Shown: one piece after another, positions 13,601-28,139 of the stretch
Layout: every line of letters starts with the position of its first letter
How positions within the stretch are numbered: position 1 is the stretch's first letter
Assembly (NCBI GenBank): GCA_040954595.2
Contig: CM082582.2
Span: forward strand, 3,828,303-3,892,302
Direction of reading: 5' to 3'
From: Balanoglossus misakiensis
Taxonomy: Eukaryota; Animalia; Hemichordata
Length of the DNA stretch: 64,000 nucleotides
The notes under the pieces: model-generated
What the model was told of the DNA's origin: nothing
Seen by the model: the letters and a program-made list of their open reading frames with translations, nothing else
Databases searched by the model: none
Program-made: the position numbers and the translations under genes

Positions 13601-16600
13601 ACTCATGTTTACTGAGCAGCTCATTTATCTGAAGGGAAAAAATGTTGACAAGTTTGTTACATAGAAGTTGACAATAGAGTGTTGATTACAGTGGACCCAG
13701 AATATTATAATTTTCACACACAAAAAAACAGAATGGCAGATGAGGTGTGAGTTCTGGTGTCAAGTATTTCAAACCGGAACTGATTTTTTACAGTCTGAAT
13801 GAGAGCCTTCCAAAGAATTGTAACAAAATTACTTTAAGATTTTTCTGTAATTGAAAAAAGTAACACTTGTTGGTATATTTTAACATGAATTCCTACATAG
13901 TGCAGTGTTTAGTTATGTTAAATTTGATGAAACCATTTGGTGACTCAAGAATATTGATTCCCTTCTATAAAATTACTGTTCCCATCAAAGAATTCATCAA
14001 AAAGTGTCCGTGTCAATGCTGTGTCAGATGAACCATAAACTTTACCATAATTCTGGTGGATGTGCATATGCCGGGGTCACAGTGGGGTCACACCACACCT
14101 GACCATTCAGACGCTTCAAATGAACAGCCAACTGTGTTGGTCAGCACAATCTGACCTCATCAACACAGTCCCATAACAAGACCAACATTTGAAACATGGA
14201 ACTAATTAAATCTTTACATGGTCATCAAACATTTACGAACAGTTTCTTTTCAAGACACAGAGGTTGGAAATCTGAAAACTAAAGTCTAGTTTTTGTCTGG
14301 TGTCAGAAGTGAATTTGAGAAGTGACTTAATCATTTGTGAACAAATTATACACGAACATTTTATTGCAAATAAATAGTTTTACTCAGACACTGAACCAGA
14401 AACAGTTCATATTTCCCTTAACATCATTTCCCAATTCTACCAATCAAATAACTGATTTTCAAGCACGTAAATATAAATGTCCATGGCAACAGCGAATCAG
14501 ACAATAGAGCAACAGATCACAAATGGCGACAGAAACTCAAATTTCTGATAATCACACATTTTTGGTAAAAGAACCTTTCCCACAATGCACTTCTTAATCG
14601 CAAAAACCCTAAATGTTTGAATGTTGTGGGAAAATTCTGTTTTGAGAGTTTTGTAGAATTTCAAGTTCCAGACATCTGATCGTTTAACTTTTCCTTTAAT
14701 CCCAGTCCAGTTTAAGTCTCTATTCCTTTAAACCAACACCTATAGAATCAATATAATTGATAACAAGGTATTTAGTCTCCAAATAGTACAATTATTAAGG
14801 ACTATCTTGCAAGTGCTGAACCTGGTATTTCGTCAAAGCGAAAATTGTCTATGTTCTATTCAGACGATTTTGAAACCTAAACCTACATGATATACTCATT
14901 GTCTGCAAAGCGCATTCATTTGCAACATTTTTTTTTCATCAAAAATCCCATGAGCAAACAAACATCATGTCCGTGTCATTTTTGCAATCATAACGTGTCA
15001 TCTTTTATCATTCTTGTGGCTGAGCGCATCTTGTCTGTGCCATACCTGCGAGCAGAAAACACTGTGGCTTCTAATTACGAGTCCTATTTGTTGCCAACAC
15101 CTTTAATTAGGCAGCACAGATTATTCTCGCTCTTCCTTCAGAGCAGCGTATTGTCAAAGTCTGTAGCCGCAACGCAACTTCCTAGCAGCTCCACTCTTAA
15201 CTTCAAATCAATCTCCCCACAAAAAATGTCTGAGGAATGGTGATTTCAAAAAAAAAAGAATCTTGAGTAAAGACACAGAATTGCTCGCAGGTCTGTGTGA
15301 CTGAATAGACAAGCTTTTGAACCGACAGAATATCTCTGTTGTTCGGCAGAAACCTCATCAACAATTCCATAGCTAGCGACCAGCTCTCATTTCTCTTTAC
15401 AAAATCACTTCTGCCCTCCAGCATATGATTCCTTTCGTGTTTTCTCTTTTTTTTATACTTGAGCAAAATTGCAAATTACTGATGAAACTGCAGAGCCAAA
15501 GGACAGCTAGCAACAAGCCCCGAAATCAGCATGCCAAATGTGAACAGGGCACGAATGATCAAAAGTTTGTCGCAGATTAGGGGAAATTAGAAATGATTAA
15601 TTTTTGACTATTGACCAAAACAGGCATTGATGAGTTCTTGTTGTGTGACATATCCCTAAGATGCAAAGCAAGGAGACTGTTTTTTGACCCTTCATTCTAA
15701 TCAATCTCTGCTCATCATTCTATTCAGAAGAAAAAAATTACATCTCTAATTACTAACTCAGGGGAGACCTCTTTTCCTCCTCTGATGAACTACAAATTAC
15801 GGTCTCTCTTTTTTGCCTCTCACACTTTCCACATATATGCAATTTACTGCATCAGCAATTATCATTGCTTTGCATATGAAATGGTTTCATTTGGTATCTC
15901 ATTATCCCAGTTTCATTTTCTATCTTACCCTGCTGAGACATAGTTTTCTTTTCCCAATGAGACAGAGCTGATTACTGCAGCTGAATGTGTTCTATTTGAG
16001 GAAATCATTTGTTTTGTGCACGTAAATTTATTTGGCAGCTTTTAGAAAAAAAAATATATTTTGTTCAATTCATTTTATCTATGACACTGTATATATGACA
16101 CCTCTTACAATATCCAAATGGACACTGGGATTTGATGACCTTATCTAAGGAGAATATATGTTTGGAGAAAAAATGATTTTGTCATTTGTTTTGAATAAAA
16201 ATCCAATTAAAATTTGTGAAAAATTGATATGATTAATATGTGAAAATAATCTTATCTGTTTCACAGGGTTTGATATTTACCCAGAATGCTTTGAGAGCCT
16301 ACGTGTTAGGATGGTACGATGTTTTAATGACAGAATGTCAAAGTTTTTTGATGGCAACTGAGTCCAAGCAGATGTTTGCTAATTACTGGCCATATACTTG
16401 CCATTCACCTAAATATTCCGGTAGTATTAGATTTTTTCCATCACTTTGCCTTGCTCAATGAGTGACGGAATGGGACATAATTTGACGCATTGCTCCCCTG
16501 CACTGGTCGACTGGCTGATTATTAATGTTTCATTTTCCTCCCAAAACATATGTGAATTAAATAAGCTTGGGTTAGGGCGGGGGTCAATTTAGAAAATCGT

Positions 16601-19600
16601 ATGCGAGTGGAATTTGGGATGATTGGTGATGTGAGGGAATTTTTCTCCAATGTGCACAGATCTCACTGCAGCAGTAAATTAATGCAGGCAAATTGATGCC
16701 CTGTAGTAATGCAAGGTTCAGATAGGTCTCCAAATGGGGTGAAAAACTTGCCAGTGGAATTTTGACGCTGTGACACCTTCAATATTCATTTCACTCCTTG
16801 GTTCGGTCCCTGAAGAGAACTGCAGTCTAGTTTGTTGTGTCTGCTCACACCTATAGATATAGCTATACACTTTGGTAAGTCAAGAAAGGGCCGCAGATTG
16901 CCTCCCATTTTGTGTTGCTGTTTCTCTCTCTCTCTCTCTCCCCTCTCTAATTTATCAATCATCCAATTTAAGACAGCATACAGGTACATTTTGACAGGCA
17001 ACGATTAAAGTTCCAGAAGACAAGTATTAGTTGTCGGACACAAAATGAGAAAGAATTAAAATTCATCCCCTCAGATGTCATCTGTAGTTTTGGAAAATGT
17101 GAAAAAAATCGTTGGCCAAATTTTTATAAACAAGGGGTTTTTAGGTACTGATCAAGTTGATAAAAAATTGTTGTTGATTCTCTTATAAGTGTAAGCATTG
17201 ATTCTTGCCATTTTTAGCGTGACTGATAGTAAATTTACCTGCAAGCTATGTTTTTCACTGTACAAGGTCCAACACAGTATGCATGTGCAGCAAAGTATCA
17301 GTGCAAGTAAAAAAAATATGACACAAAACAATAAATCTAACATGAGCTGATGAAAATCTGCCCTACTGTCAATTTTTTTTTTCTGGCAGAGCTGGGAGGG
17401 TGTATGGCAAATTATCAAGCAAACTATCTCTTGCACCTAACAAATATAGTATGTTAATAACCTGAGATTGTAATGTGACTAACACAGTAATGAAAATGGT
17501 AAAGGAGGGGGGGGAGACAGATAGAGAGAAGAAAGATTGGCTATGTGTTGAACTCTCACTAAGCTAGGTCAGCAAAGATTTAATTAAATTTAGAGCCCCA
17601 ATTACTACAGCAAGTAATTTGGTTTCTGTGCGGACTATTAAAAGAGGAGTCTGCTGGGCCGGCAGAAAAAAAAAATGAAAACTGGCGATATGACATCATA
17701 TAGTGTGACTGGCCAATAATTAACATGTCAGCGTTCGGGTCTTTATTAGGACTCAAAAAATCTCCCCACATCAATTTTTTTTTTTTTTCGTTTTTGATGG
17801 TTTCATCTTCATCTCCTTCAGTGGTGAACCCAGTGGTATACATTAAGAGACGTTGATCAAGCACTGATTTAGGTCTTGTTGCCGACATCTCTTTTGTTCA
17901 TGTAGTTGAAAACGCAGCAGGTCTCATGCCGTGCCGAACAATGCCACTCTAATTGGGCACTAAGTAATTTGCATGTTTGCTATTAATGTGCTGAAATGAA
18001 CACATCAATAGAATGGAAGGCAAACAGTCTGATTCTTTCAGGTCAAATCCCAGATGGAAGAAAAAAATACCTAAAACAATGCGATTGTCACTGTAACTAT
18101 AGTAACCATTTTATTTCTGATATGTAAGACTAATCATCGAGTTGGATTCAAACTTCCAACATTATATCTTACAATAGTTAACTGGATATTGTATCATCGA
18201 AACGGAAACCAAGCACCATGATGCAGTTCTCTAATTTGCCACCATAATATCTGTGACATATAAGCTAAAATCTAATAAGAGCCATTAGGCTAATGAGTTG
18301 TCCAATCACTTGGCTAATTATCCAAAATAAGTAAGGCGAATTAAAGTCGCAATTAAATGCAGTGTTCGGTTCATATAAACTTCCATATATATTCAGGGGC
18401 CATGGGGTAATTCACAAGTTGAATGACAAAACAATATTATTTTGCGGAGAAAGATTGAACCAAAAAAATACAAGCAAGCCATATATATAATCCAATAGGA
18501 GATATTGATTTTTTTTTCTCTATGCACTCTGTGCAACTAGACTGTCAGGTAAAAACACTAGTCAGAGTTAATACCAAGATGCTCCGGTCAAATCAGTGCA
18601 GAACTAAAAACAGAAAAAAAAGACAATCCCCTTGATTACACAACTCAAGGTGTGAAAGAAATGAATTGCCTACATCTAGCCCACAGTATGAAACATACAC
18701 AAGTTACTGAATATCCAATTTCATCAAGCTATTCATTTCAACACCTCTCAAAATACCATATATCAACTTTATTTGTCACTGTGCGTAATGACACACAATC
18801 AATGTACAGTGCCAGTACTAATCAATAAAACCTAAAGAACAATAAAGGCTTGGCTTCTATTTTTCATCTGTAGCCAAATAAAGCAGGTTGAAATATTGGT
18901 TATAAATTACACAATCTTTAATTTTTTTTAGTTTTGAAAACATGTAATTACATTTTTATGCATGTAGGTCATCTGAAATTTGTCTGTTGATGGGATCAGT
19001 TTAATTTTAGGTCAAAATGGAAAATTATATGCATAATCTCAAATAGAGAAAGAGGACAATTGATTTTTCTCTCCAAACTCAAATGAGATATTTTTTAAGA
19101 AAGTCTCAGATTTTTTACTATCACAAATCACCGTGTAAGTTAAAAAGTGCACAGATTATGTGTCTCGAGAGAAAAAGGGGAATTTATAATGATAAAATGA
19201 CAGACAGTTTAGAGATACACTGAGGTTGCTAAAGGCAACCCCCCAGCACCCACCCACCCATGACCGACTTCACTTTTGGTATGGTCTGAGTTATATACTT
19301 CTTGGGAATGATTTACCAAAGTTTGAAGGGGGTATATGACGGGGGAGGGGTGTTCCAAGCCAGAGGGGGTCATGAATGTTGAATTTTTTTTCCTTTACTG
19401 TATGCAGCATTGCAAGAAGTGTTGTGGACATCAAATGATTTTGAATAAGATGACATTTTCATGATGGTTAATAATTCTGAATAATGAACAGAACTTTTCA
19501 TATGGATCCATTTACATAAAGTTATCACATGAAAAAGTATACAATTTTGTGCTATATAAATCTGAATAATTTTTCATACAATACTTGATTACATTTAAAT

Positions 19601-22600
19601 ACTTATACAAATGTAAACAAATATTTTACCGTTTTTCATACTTTATTTGAAAGGAAAAAAATATCCCTACTTCAAAAAAAAGTTCTGTTATGGAGAGGCC
19701 AATTGAAGGTTTTTCCCTCCAAAGACAAAAAGCGTGCAGATATTCTGATAGCAGAGAGAGTTTATATTATACCAGGCAATTATGCAGGAAACCCGGGACT
19801 GAGTGAATGACTTGGCTGATATGGGAATACATGTTACCAACACCACGCAAAATCACATCAAGCAACTCCCTGAAATCAATTTGCACTCGATTCCTGTCGG
19901 TCACACCTGCACATGCAGCCGAGTCTACAATCTGACAACCGTGAAATGGAGTCAAAACCTGGACTGAGTGACAGACCTATTTGCAATGCAAATAACTTCT
20001 CTGACATAGCCTGTTTGGATGAAACTGGATTAGATGAGGCCAGGCATAGAAAAAATAAATGCACCGCTGTGATTAGAAAAACAGAGACCTGATTGGAAAT
20101 ATGTGTGATTATTTCCATATGAAGTGCAGACATACAGACTTGTGAAATTATGCTGGGAGAGGAAATGAGTATTGGGCTCGCACCTAAAGAAAGATTAATT
20201 GTGGCCAGCGCCAATGTGAGAGTCAAAGATGAGTCAGGGCGATGGCAATTCATTAACTCTTAGTGTTACACCATCAAGCAAAGACAGAAAATATCGGAAG
20301 CAAGTGACAGAACCTTCTGAATTCATTCTTTTCCTGAAATGGTAACCATGTTACAGTTGTCAGCAATTACGCCATTCTCCACAGTTGTGACACCACAAAT
20401 AGATATATATGTGAAGTTACAATACAATAACATACTATTGGCTGGATGTACAGTGCCTTCTTGAAATGGACAATTGAAACAATCAACACTTATGTGTCAT
20501 TTTTTTTTTCAATCTTGCACTAAAAAAAGGTCGTAACTTTTCTCAATTAAACTTTCCTGAAGAGACTTAAACTTATGCAAATAATTTCCAAAGTTCAGCA
20601 AAACACCTTCACGCATAAAGCAATTGCGACCCAGAGTTTCAAATACATCATTGGTCTTTAAGTTTTGACTGAAACAGCCTCAAAAAAAGTTAGCCTTGAA
20701 ATTTGTAAGATGCATCAAGGATATTCATTCCACAATAAGTATAATTTTGAAAAGCAGAGTTTGGTCAATTTAAAATTGTCATTAGAGTTGGGTCAATTTT
20801 GTAATCATGTATGCCTCATCTGATTGGTTTACTTGCCTTGGATAATTGCCAGTGGGTTATTCACGGAGAACCCAACTCAAAGAGGAAGAAGCATGCACAA
20901 GTTCAAGGCAAGACCTTGGACATTATACACACAGACTCCTAGGTGCTCCTATTTACATGCCCTAATTATCTGCCATCTGTCAATAAGCACCGGTCAATTA
21001 TTGCAAAATTCATCTCGTCTTAAAACCAATCGAAGAATCCATAATAACTGCTAATCCAATCTGAATTTTAATTAGTAATGATTGAGGAAGCCTTGATACA
21101 ATTTGGAGGATGACATGACCACCCTTTACTCTCCAAAATATTTCATCATCTAGGGCTTCATTAAAGTACAGAATGAAAACTATTTCAATCATTAACATTT
21201 TTCCTGATCACAGAGAGAGAGAGTGATTAGCAATCCGGTGATTGCTCTGCATTTACAGATATTCCATAAATCACCATGGTGAAACTTCACCCTCCATAAT
21301 CAAGTTAAAGCGACTGGCCCTATGAATCAACCTTCTAAATATTACTCATCATAGACAGAAAAAAAAATTTCTAATCATCATCCTACAAAGACAGATAGCA
21401 GAATATTGTATTTGATATAATATAAACAACTCTAACAAAAAATCTTCGCGAAAGTTGCATTCAACGACGGGATCCCGAAAGTTTTGTGTTCAACCGTGAT
21501 GTGAAAAATTGCGAAACTGATGTCTTATATCAGGATCTTGTATAAGGTGTCCATGTGTTAATTAAAATAAAAAAACAGTGTCTGAGACTGTGAGTTACGT
21601 GTTGATGTGGGTAATGCTGAAATAAAGGTGGCACACACAAAGCGTAGATAAATAATTCCGACTTGTGCCATGCCCTCTCTTCTAAAAACGAGCCATTCTC
21701 AACGGCAAAACAGCTTCCTGCCATCCATCAGAGTGACACCACACTTTGTGATGCGGGCAAAAAAACAGATTCATTTAGAGAGCGAGTTGATGAAGAAACC
21801 ATATGGTTGGGAGGGCGATGCAAAAGCCTAAGGGCGAGACGAAAAACGGGGGCATGTACACAATACAGAAGGTACAAGGATGAAGCCAGAAGCTTACAGG
21901 TTTCTAGAAGTGGTTAACTGCCTGTAAATTCTTGACATTAGTCAGACATTAGGCAAGCTGAAATGAGAGTGATATCAGTCGGCAGGGCTCATCGTCATGA
22001 CCTAAATTATTCAGCATTCCTTTCAAAGAATACCATGTTGAAATATTGAAAAAAATATGTATGCAAATATGTTATGTTAAAAATTAATGTTTTTTCACGA
22101 GCTATTATTATTGAGGACAACCAACGGGGGAGGACAGGTTATACAGGAACACTGCACAAGCCCCAAACCATCTCACATAAATGTTAATATACACACTTTT
22201 TACGCTAAGTAGGGCGTCTAGCGTGGAAGTGGTGTAAGACATTCAACTTTTCATTCATTTTTGGGGTGGGGGGATTTTGTCGTTTCCATGGCAACACTAA
22301 CACCACTCTTATATTTCAAATGGTAAATGTTCTGTTGGACATGTTCTATCAGATAGGGTTTCTTACTCAACATTTGTAGCAAACCAGTTTTCCTTGTAGG
22401 GATTCCAGAAAACAAAATGCGGGTTTCAGAGAAACACTATACATAAACTTTGAAATTACAAACCTACGTTCTGTGATAAAAAAACGACTTTTCAGCGAAC
22501 TGTAAAATCACTGAAAAGAATGCGAAAACTTGCACTATGGCTGTTACTGAGTGACATGTGTTCCAAATCGCTGTTACACCCAAAATTTTCATTGTTTCTG

Positions 22601-25600
22601 ACAAAAAGATGACCTCATTCTGGCGTAGACATTTCATCAAAGACCGCTTTTAGTATCACAATTTCCTTTCTTCTGGCAAACGTTAAAAAACAAATATGTC
22701 TTGTTTATAGGATGTGCGATGTTGACTGTTCAATCTGGCGCAGCAATGGGCAGTGGGAAAATTGGACAAAAGGGTGCCCACTTTAATTTGTGGTCTTAGT
22801 GGCACCTCATAAAAAGCGGGGCTAGATGGGTTGCCATTTAATTTATCAAGCTTTCCCCCCAGTGTGTACAAAGAAAACAAAGGCAGTGAACACAGGCTGA
22901 AGACCAGAAAATTAACTCCAAGAATACAATATGCTAATTCCATTCACGGGGATCCAGCTCTTTAGACAAAGTGGCTATGCAAATGTAAATTAGCCAAGAA
23001 CCCTGGGTAAACAATGGAGTCGACATGATTCCCAGCGACCTTCATGCAAGACATGAGAGGCGAAAAAATTAGCACACCTCTTCATGGGCCACCTCTTTTT
23101 CACAGGCCTTTTCTTTTCCAAGTGTCGGCAATCAAATTTCCACACAAAATAAATTAACAAGGAAGGATAGGCTGAATTTTTTATTAGAAAGATGCAATTA
23201 TGTGCGTTCCTAATTGCAACCCAGAGTTAATTTCATAAAATTAAAATTATTTGAGCAAATTTGTTTCTCAACGGAGAGTTTTCTTCATTCAGATTGCAAA
23301 TGTAATTTACTTTTGCGCACTAAGTTGGGGAAAAAACTAGGCTGGACTAATTGCATTCCGTGTGTCATTATTTTAAAAACAAAATTACAAAAGGCAGTCG
23401 GCAAATTGTCAGGATTTGAGCGCATGGCGAAAAATGAGTTTTACTTCCAGAATGAGATGAGCAAACTCATTGGGCCTGTCACACTGCATGACATTTTACA
23501 GTCGGTCACGTAACAAACCCACAGATAAAACAAAACTTTCTGAAATCTATATGTGACATAAAGCAACTATAACTTTGTATGCAGCGAGATGGTAATCACG
23601 ACCAGGGCATGCTAATGTGGCAAGATAAGTTGAGAAAGATAGCGGAATAAAATATTGTTAATACGAGGTGAAACAGCCACTCAGTCATGTATGATACGGT
23701 GCCCGCCACTGCAGTTAGTGTAAACAGACCAGCAAGTCAAAGACAACTACCTTCAAATCAACAGCCACTACAGTCAAACCGCGTTTTTTTCACAGCAAAC
23801 AGATGTGTAACATATAAACTTTTGGGGGCACGACCATGCACCCTTCATAATGTTTATTTTTAGATATTTATTCTGGGCGTGTGTCTGAATATTCCAAAAA
23901 TAACCCAATTCTGTTGCACATGACTTTAACACCTGATGTGTTTAATATTTCAGACCAGAAAAAAACATTCAATTTTAATTTTAGTGCCTTAGTGAAGCTC
24001 TCGGAGCCTGCAGTTTGCAATAACAGACCAAGCACCCTGTCCAGTTTCCAACACGATCTACGGCAGACTTCACACCATACTAGCAGACAACCAGCTCATT
24101 TTCAGCAGAACATATTTGTCACCAGGAATCCAAATACAACTGGCACCAAAAGTCATCACACTCTCCACAGATATGTGCAGTAGAAGTCTTGTTTCTGCCA
24201 GTTCAATACTCAGCAATATTGTTACAGGAAATACAAAGCAAAACAACATTCCTAATGACATGTTGTCTTTATGTACATGGAACCTTTTCCATCATATCAG
24301 TACAAAGTTGCTTTCATTCAGTTCAATGAGAAAACGACAAAATATATCTTTCAAGTGAACACATTCTGGTATAAAAAGACAGAAAAAAAGTCAAAACTAA
24401 AATTAGTTAAGCTGTCTGACCTGCAAGCATTTTATTTCTTCAATGGCACGTGAAAAAACAATTCTCTGAGATCGCATGGTGAATTCTACTGGTCTTATTT
24501 TATAAAAATAAACTAAAACAAGATGTTGCTGGATATAGATGACAGTAAATTCACCAACTCCTGATTTGGCTTCTAAACACAAAGGCACATATGACTTGTT
24601 TCATTACTTTTTGCACTATTTTTAGTAACTTAACAGGATCCAAAACATGTGTTTGCGTGAGCAGAAGACTGTCCTGCTTGATTTATACTTCTTTCAAAAA
24701 AAGAAAAAAATCACTGGAATTTTTTGATGGTCTTCATTCACATTTATTTTCTATCCAAGACGTTGTTTCTTGTTGACAAACAATATATTCATGTTTATCA
24801 ATGATTCCTGTGTACAATATAAACTGAACGCTGACAGATGATTGCAATTGAAGAAGGTAGAATTTCACAATACTGTTCTGCAGAGATTTCTTGCATTTTT
24901 CGAGTAAAAAAAACACCACAAATGGTTGATAGGGTTTACAGGCTACCAGTTCTTGGTCGCTGAGAATTAATATTGTTGATGTGAACCAGCACTGCATTCA
25001 TAGATTTCATGCATGAATTTTCACAGATTTGTACGTTTGTTGGGATATCGGACAACAACTCGATAGACAAAACTGTATTTTGTCCCACACACCAGTAACC
25101 AACCTATCTAATATTTCCAAATACAGATAAACACCTTTGTCTGATCCAGTAACGACGGAAGAAATTCTATCCAGATATGTGCAATATGAAGAGTTTCTAC
25201 CAAGTTTTACTGTCACATCTTGACTATAAATCACTGTCCCTGACAAAGATAATGACATTTTATAACTGACAACATCACTACGACAGTCAATAAATTTCTC
25301 CAAGAAATGATTGTCATTTGACTTGTGTTACTGTGCTAAAACTGTAAGGTAGCAAATTAATTTTAGTCTTTCAAAGTTCTCATTTTTAGGGCCCAAGCCA
25401 AGCAGGCTTGCAGCTACATTTTCTTATTTGTTTTAGTATTTGGAATGTGAAGAAAACTTTATAGATAGATTTTCAAGCCATAGATTTCATTACGTTCATT
25501 ATTAAAGAATTTTTAAAAATTTGGTACTGAGACTCGAAATCATTCTATAAATAACACCAGTAAAGGAACAGATTGTCTTTATTTTAAAAACTAGAAAGTG

Positions 25601-27779
25601 TTCCATCATAAACATACATCAATATTCAAAAGCTATTTTGAACAATGCAGAATATGTGTGTGCACAGAAATAAAAGCAGAGGATTTTTTAAGGCACAGAA
25701 ATACATTTAGATGAATACATCAGAAATTCTTGTATTTCCTCAAGCCACAGATAAAAAGTGAACAGGAGACAGGGGATGGACCAATGGTCAGAAAATAAAA
25801 TACAGTCAGTAAATGTCAGTTCAACTGATTGATAACTTTGCAAGACAGACTTGTTCAGACTGGCTTGTTCAACAATCAGGTTCCGATATACAGGGCTTAA
25901 TTATGCATGATTGAAATATCCATGTCACTTGTCCTGAAACTGCTCATCAGTTAAAACTGACCGGTCTCTCAGAAAGTCAACAATGGTCGTTACAAGCACA
26001 CAGCACGCTGGTTGGAAACCGGGCAGAATACAGTGTTAATACCCCAACTGCTCACTTAGCACACAATTTCGCTTTGGCCACCTTAATTTTCCCAACAACC
26101 TGATTGACAAATCCCCCCCCAGAGTCTGTTGTCTTCATCCAAAAAGATGTCTCTGCTCCTTTCATTTCTTTACCACGCTTTAGCCTCGCCTATTTTGCAT
26201 AGCCTTTGTCTTGCGTCTTAATCCAACTGCTGTTACAAATCCAATTGAAAATTTTCAAGCACAAATAAATCTGCGATGCATTATACAATTATGAGTGGGA
26301 ACATCTGCTAGCAAAAGCATTCCACCCGAAGTTTGAAATTACACGCAATTTTGACCGAGGCAAGCCATTTTCATCAGTAACCCAGCCAGAATTTATAATG
26401 AATCGCTAATTAGATACACACACAGTGGACTTTTATCTTGGTTTTTACACTATATAATCGCTTTCACACATTCGACGGGAGAACAAAACCGTGATGTTGT
26501 TAACAATACAGAGTGCTGGGTCTTTGTTCTTATGAAATAACCACTACAGCTTTAAGTAATGCCCCCGTCACAATGAGTTCCCACACATCTGATAACAATA
26601 TGAAAATATTTTTTTTATGTATTTAATACACCAATCATTCTTTCTGTTGATATAAAATGTAAAACACAAAGTTCCAGATCCGTTTATTTGAATTTCTGTC
26701 AGGAAAAATACTCTGTAACAGCTGTGGTTTGCAAATACACTAATTCTCATTGTAGGCAAATTTGCGCATCCTTGGTACTCACAACTTATATCTGACAAAT
26801 TTCCAGCATTTGAGCAAGATTGACGTTTTTAATACCAAAATGATTTCATAATCCACCAACATAAAGTTGATACTATAGTCAAGACATGACAACTGCACAA
26901 CTAATATTCTTTAGGTAAACTTGGATTAGACTACAGATAACTATGACACAAACGCAACAATCATCTTTTCGTATCGTTGTCAGTTCTACAGGGTACAGAC
27001 TTAGGGCTTACGGTTGTTCATAGTGAGTTGGACATGTTTTGGATTTACAATAAGAATCATTATAAAAAAAACATTTTTGAAGATGTAGGTTTGTGATGGA
27101 TTCTGTGACCTGACCCTTCTCCTGACGTTTTACACTGTTTGGTGACAATTTGCCGAACTCACCTTAGTGCTTCACTACCGCAGTATAATATTCATTTCCA
27201 TATGACAGAGGAGCATAGTTTTATCGTTTCTGACAAGATAAGAGACATATTGTAGCAGCAAAGACGCATTTTATCATGCACTAATCTGTTGCCATCTTAA
27301 AACCCATCTCATGGGGTCTGCCTGATGAAGGAGTTTTTTGTTTAAAGTAATGCAATCGGGGTCCCTCGATAGTTTGATGGCTTTTAGAAATGAAAACAGC
27401 AAATCACACATTTGATCAAAGGTACACCAGTTAAGAAGCCTCAAGAAGCTCATTTGCAAATAGAAACTGATCCTTCAGCCTCCCCGCTACCATGCAATAT
27501 AAAATATATAAAAAAAATGCAGATTATAAGAATATAAAACACACGTCCAGTCGGCAAATAAAAAATTATCCATAAAAACATATAACTGAAATATTAATCA
27601 TACAAAAACTTTTCTTGCATAGAAAACATGTAATACTTGACAAGCACCATCTGAAAAAGTAGGCATTTGGAATGCGTCTCTTACACAGTGGCAAAAATGT
27701 TGGCATTGAAGTCTGTCTTCAAGATGAACATGACCTCTGGGTTTGGGGCCAGTAGTAGAAGTCAATATGGCAAAATCAA

Positions 27780-27785
27780 TTTATT
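27780..27785 (-). terminator. Candidate polyadenylation signal for THTPA
   Basis: TTTATT on + (AATAAA on -) about 245 nt downstream of the THTPA stop codon. The motif is common in AT-rich DNA. Confidence 0.4.
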
Positions 27786-28029
27786 GCACTTTTTCACAAT
27801 CAACCGACACTATGATAAACCTGGTGATTTGATAAGTGTGAGTTGTTATCCAAAATGTTTGGCCTTCACCTTAATTTGTAATTTCAGAAAAACTTAGTAA
27901 ATATTAAAAACCTTTGTAAGGTAAGGATACAAATCAAAAGGCAGGACCTCTTTCACAAAAGTTAGAGATACGCTTTTTAAATTTTTTTTAGAGTTGTGTT
28001 CATTAAATCTTCAAGTAGTAGGTGTAACT

Positions 28030-28139
28030 TTACTTGGTATGTAAAATGTCTGCCGCCAAAAGTTGTGCATAGTGAGCTGGGTTATACTTCAGTAGGTAGG
28101 CATCCATCTTGCCTGGTATACGAGTGGCAGAGGAAAAAC
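28030..28139 (-). CDS. THTPA: Thiamine triphosphatase, coding exon 2 (terminal)
   Basis: Minus-strand acceptor CTTTTTTTGTTTTCTTTTCAG|GT, phase 1, matches the exon-1 donor. Translates (G)FSSATRIPGKMDAYLLKYNPAHYAQLLAADILHTK*, matching the THTPA C-terminal pattern P-x-K...YL....P..Y..LL. Stop TAA at 28032-28030. Confidence 0.92.
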
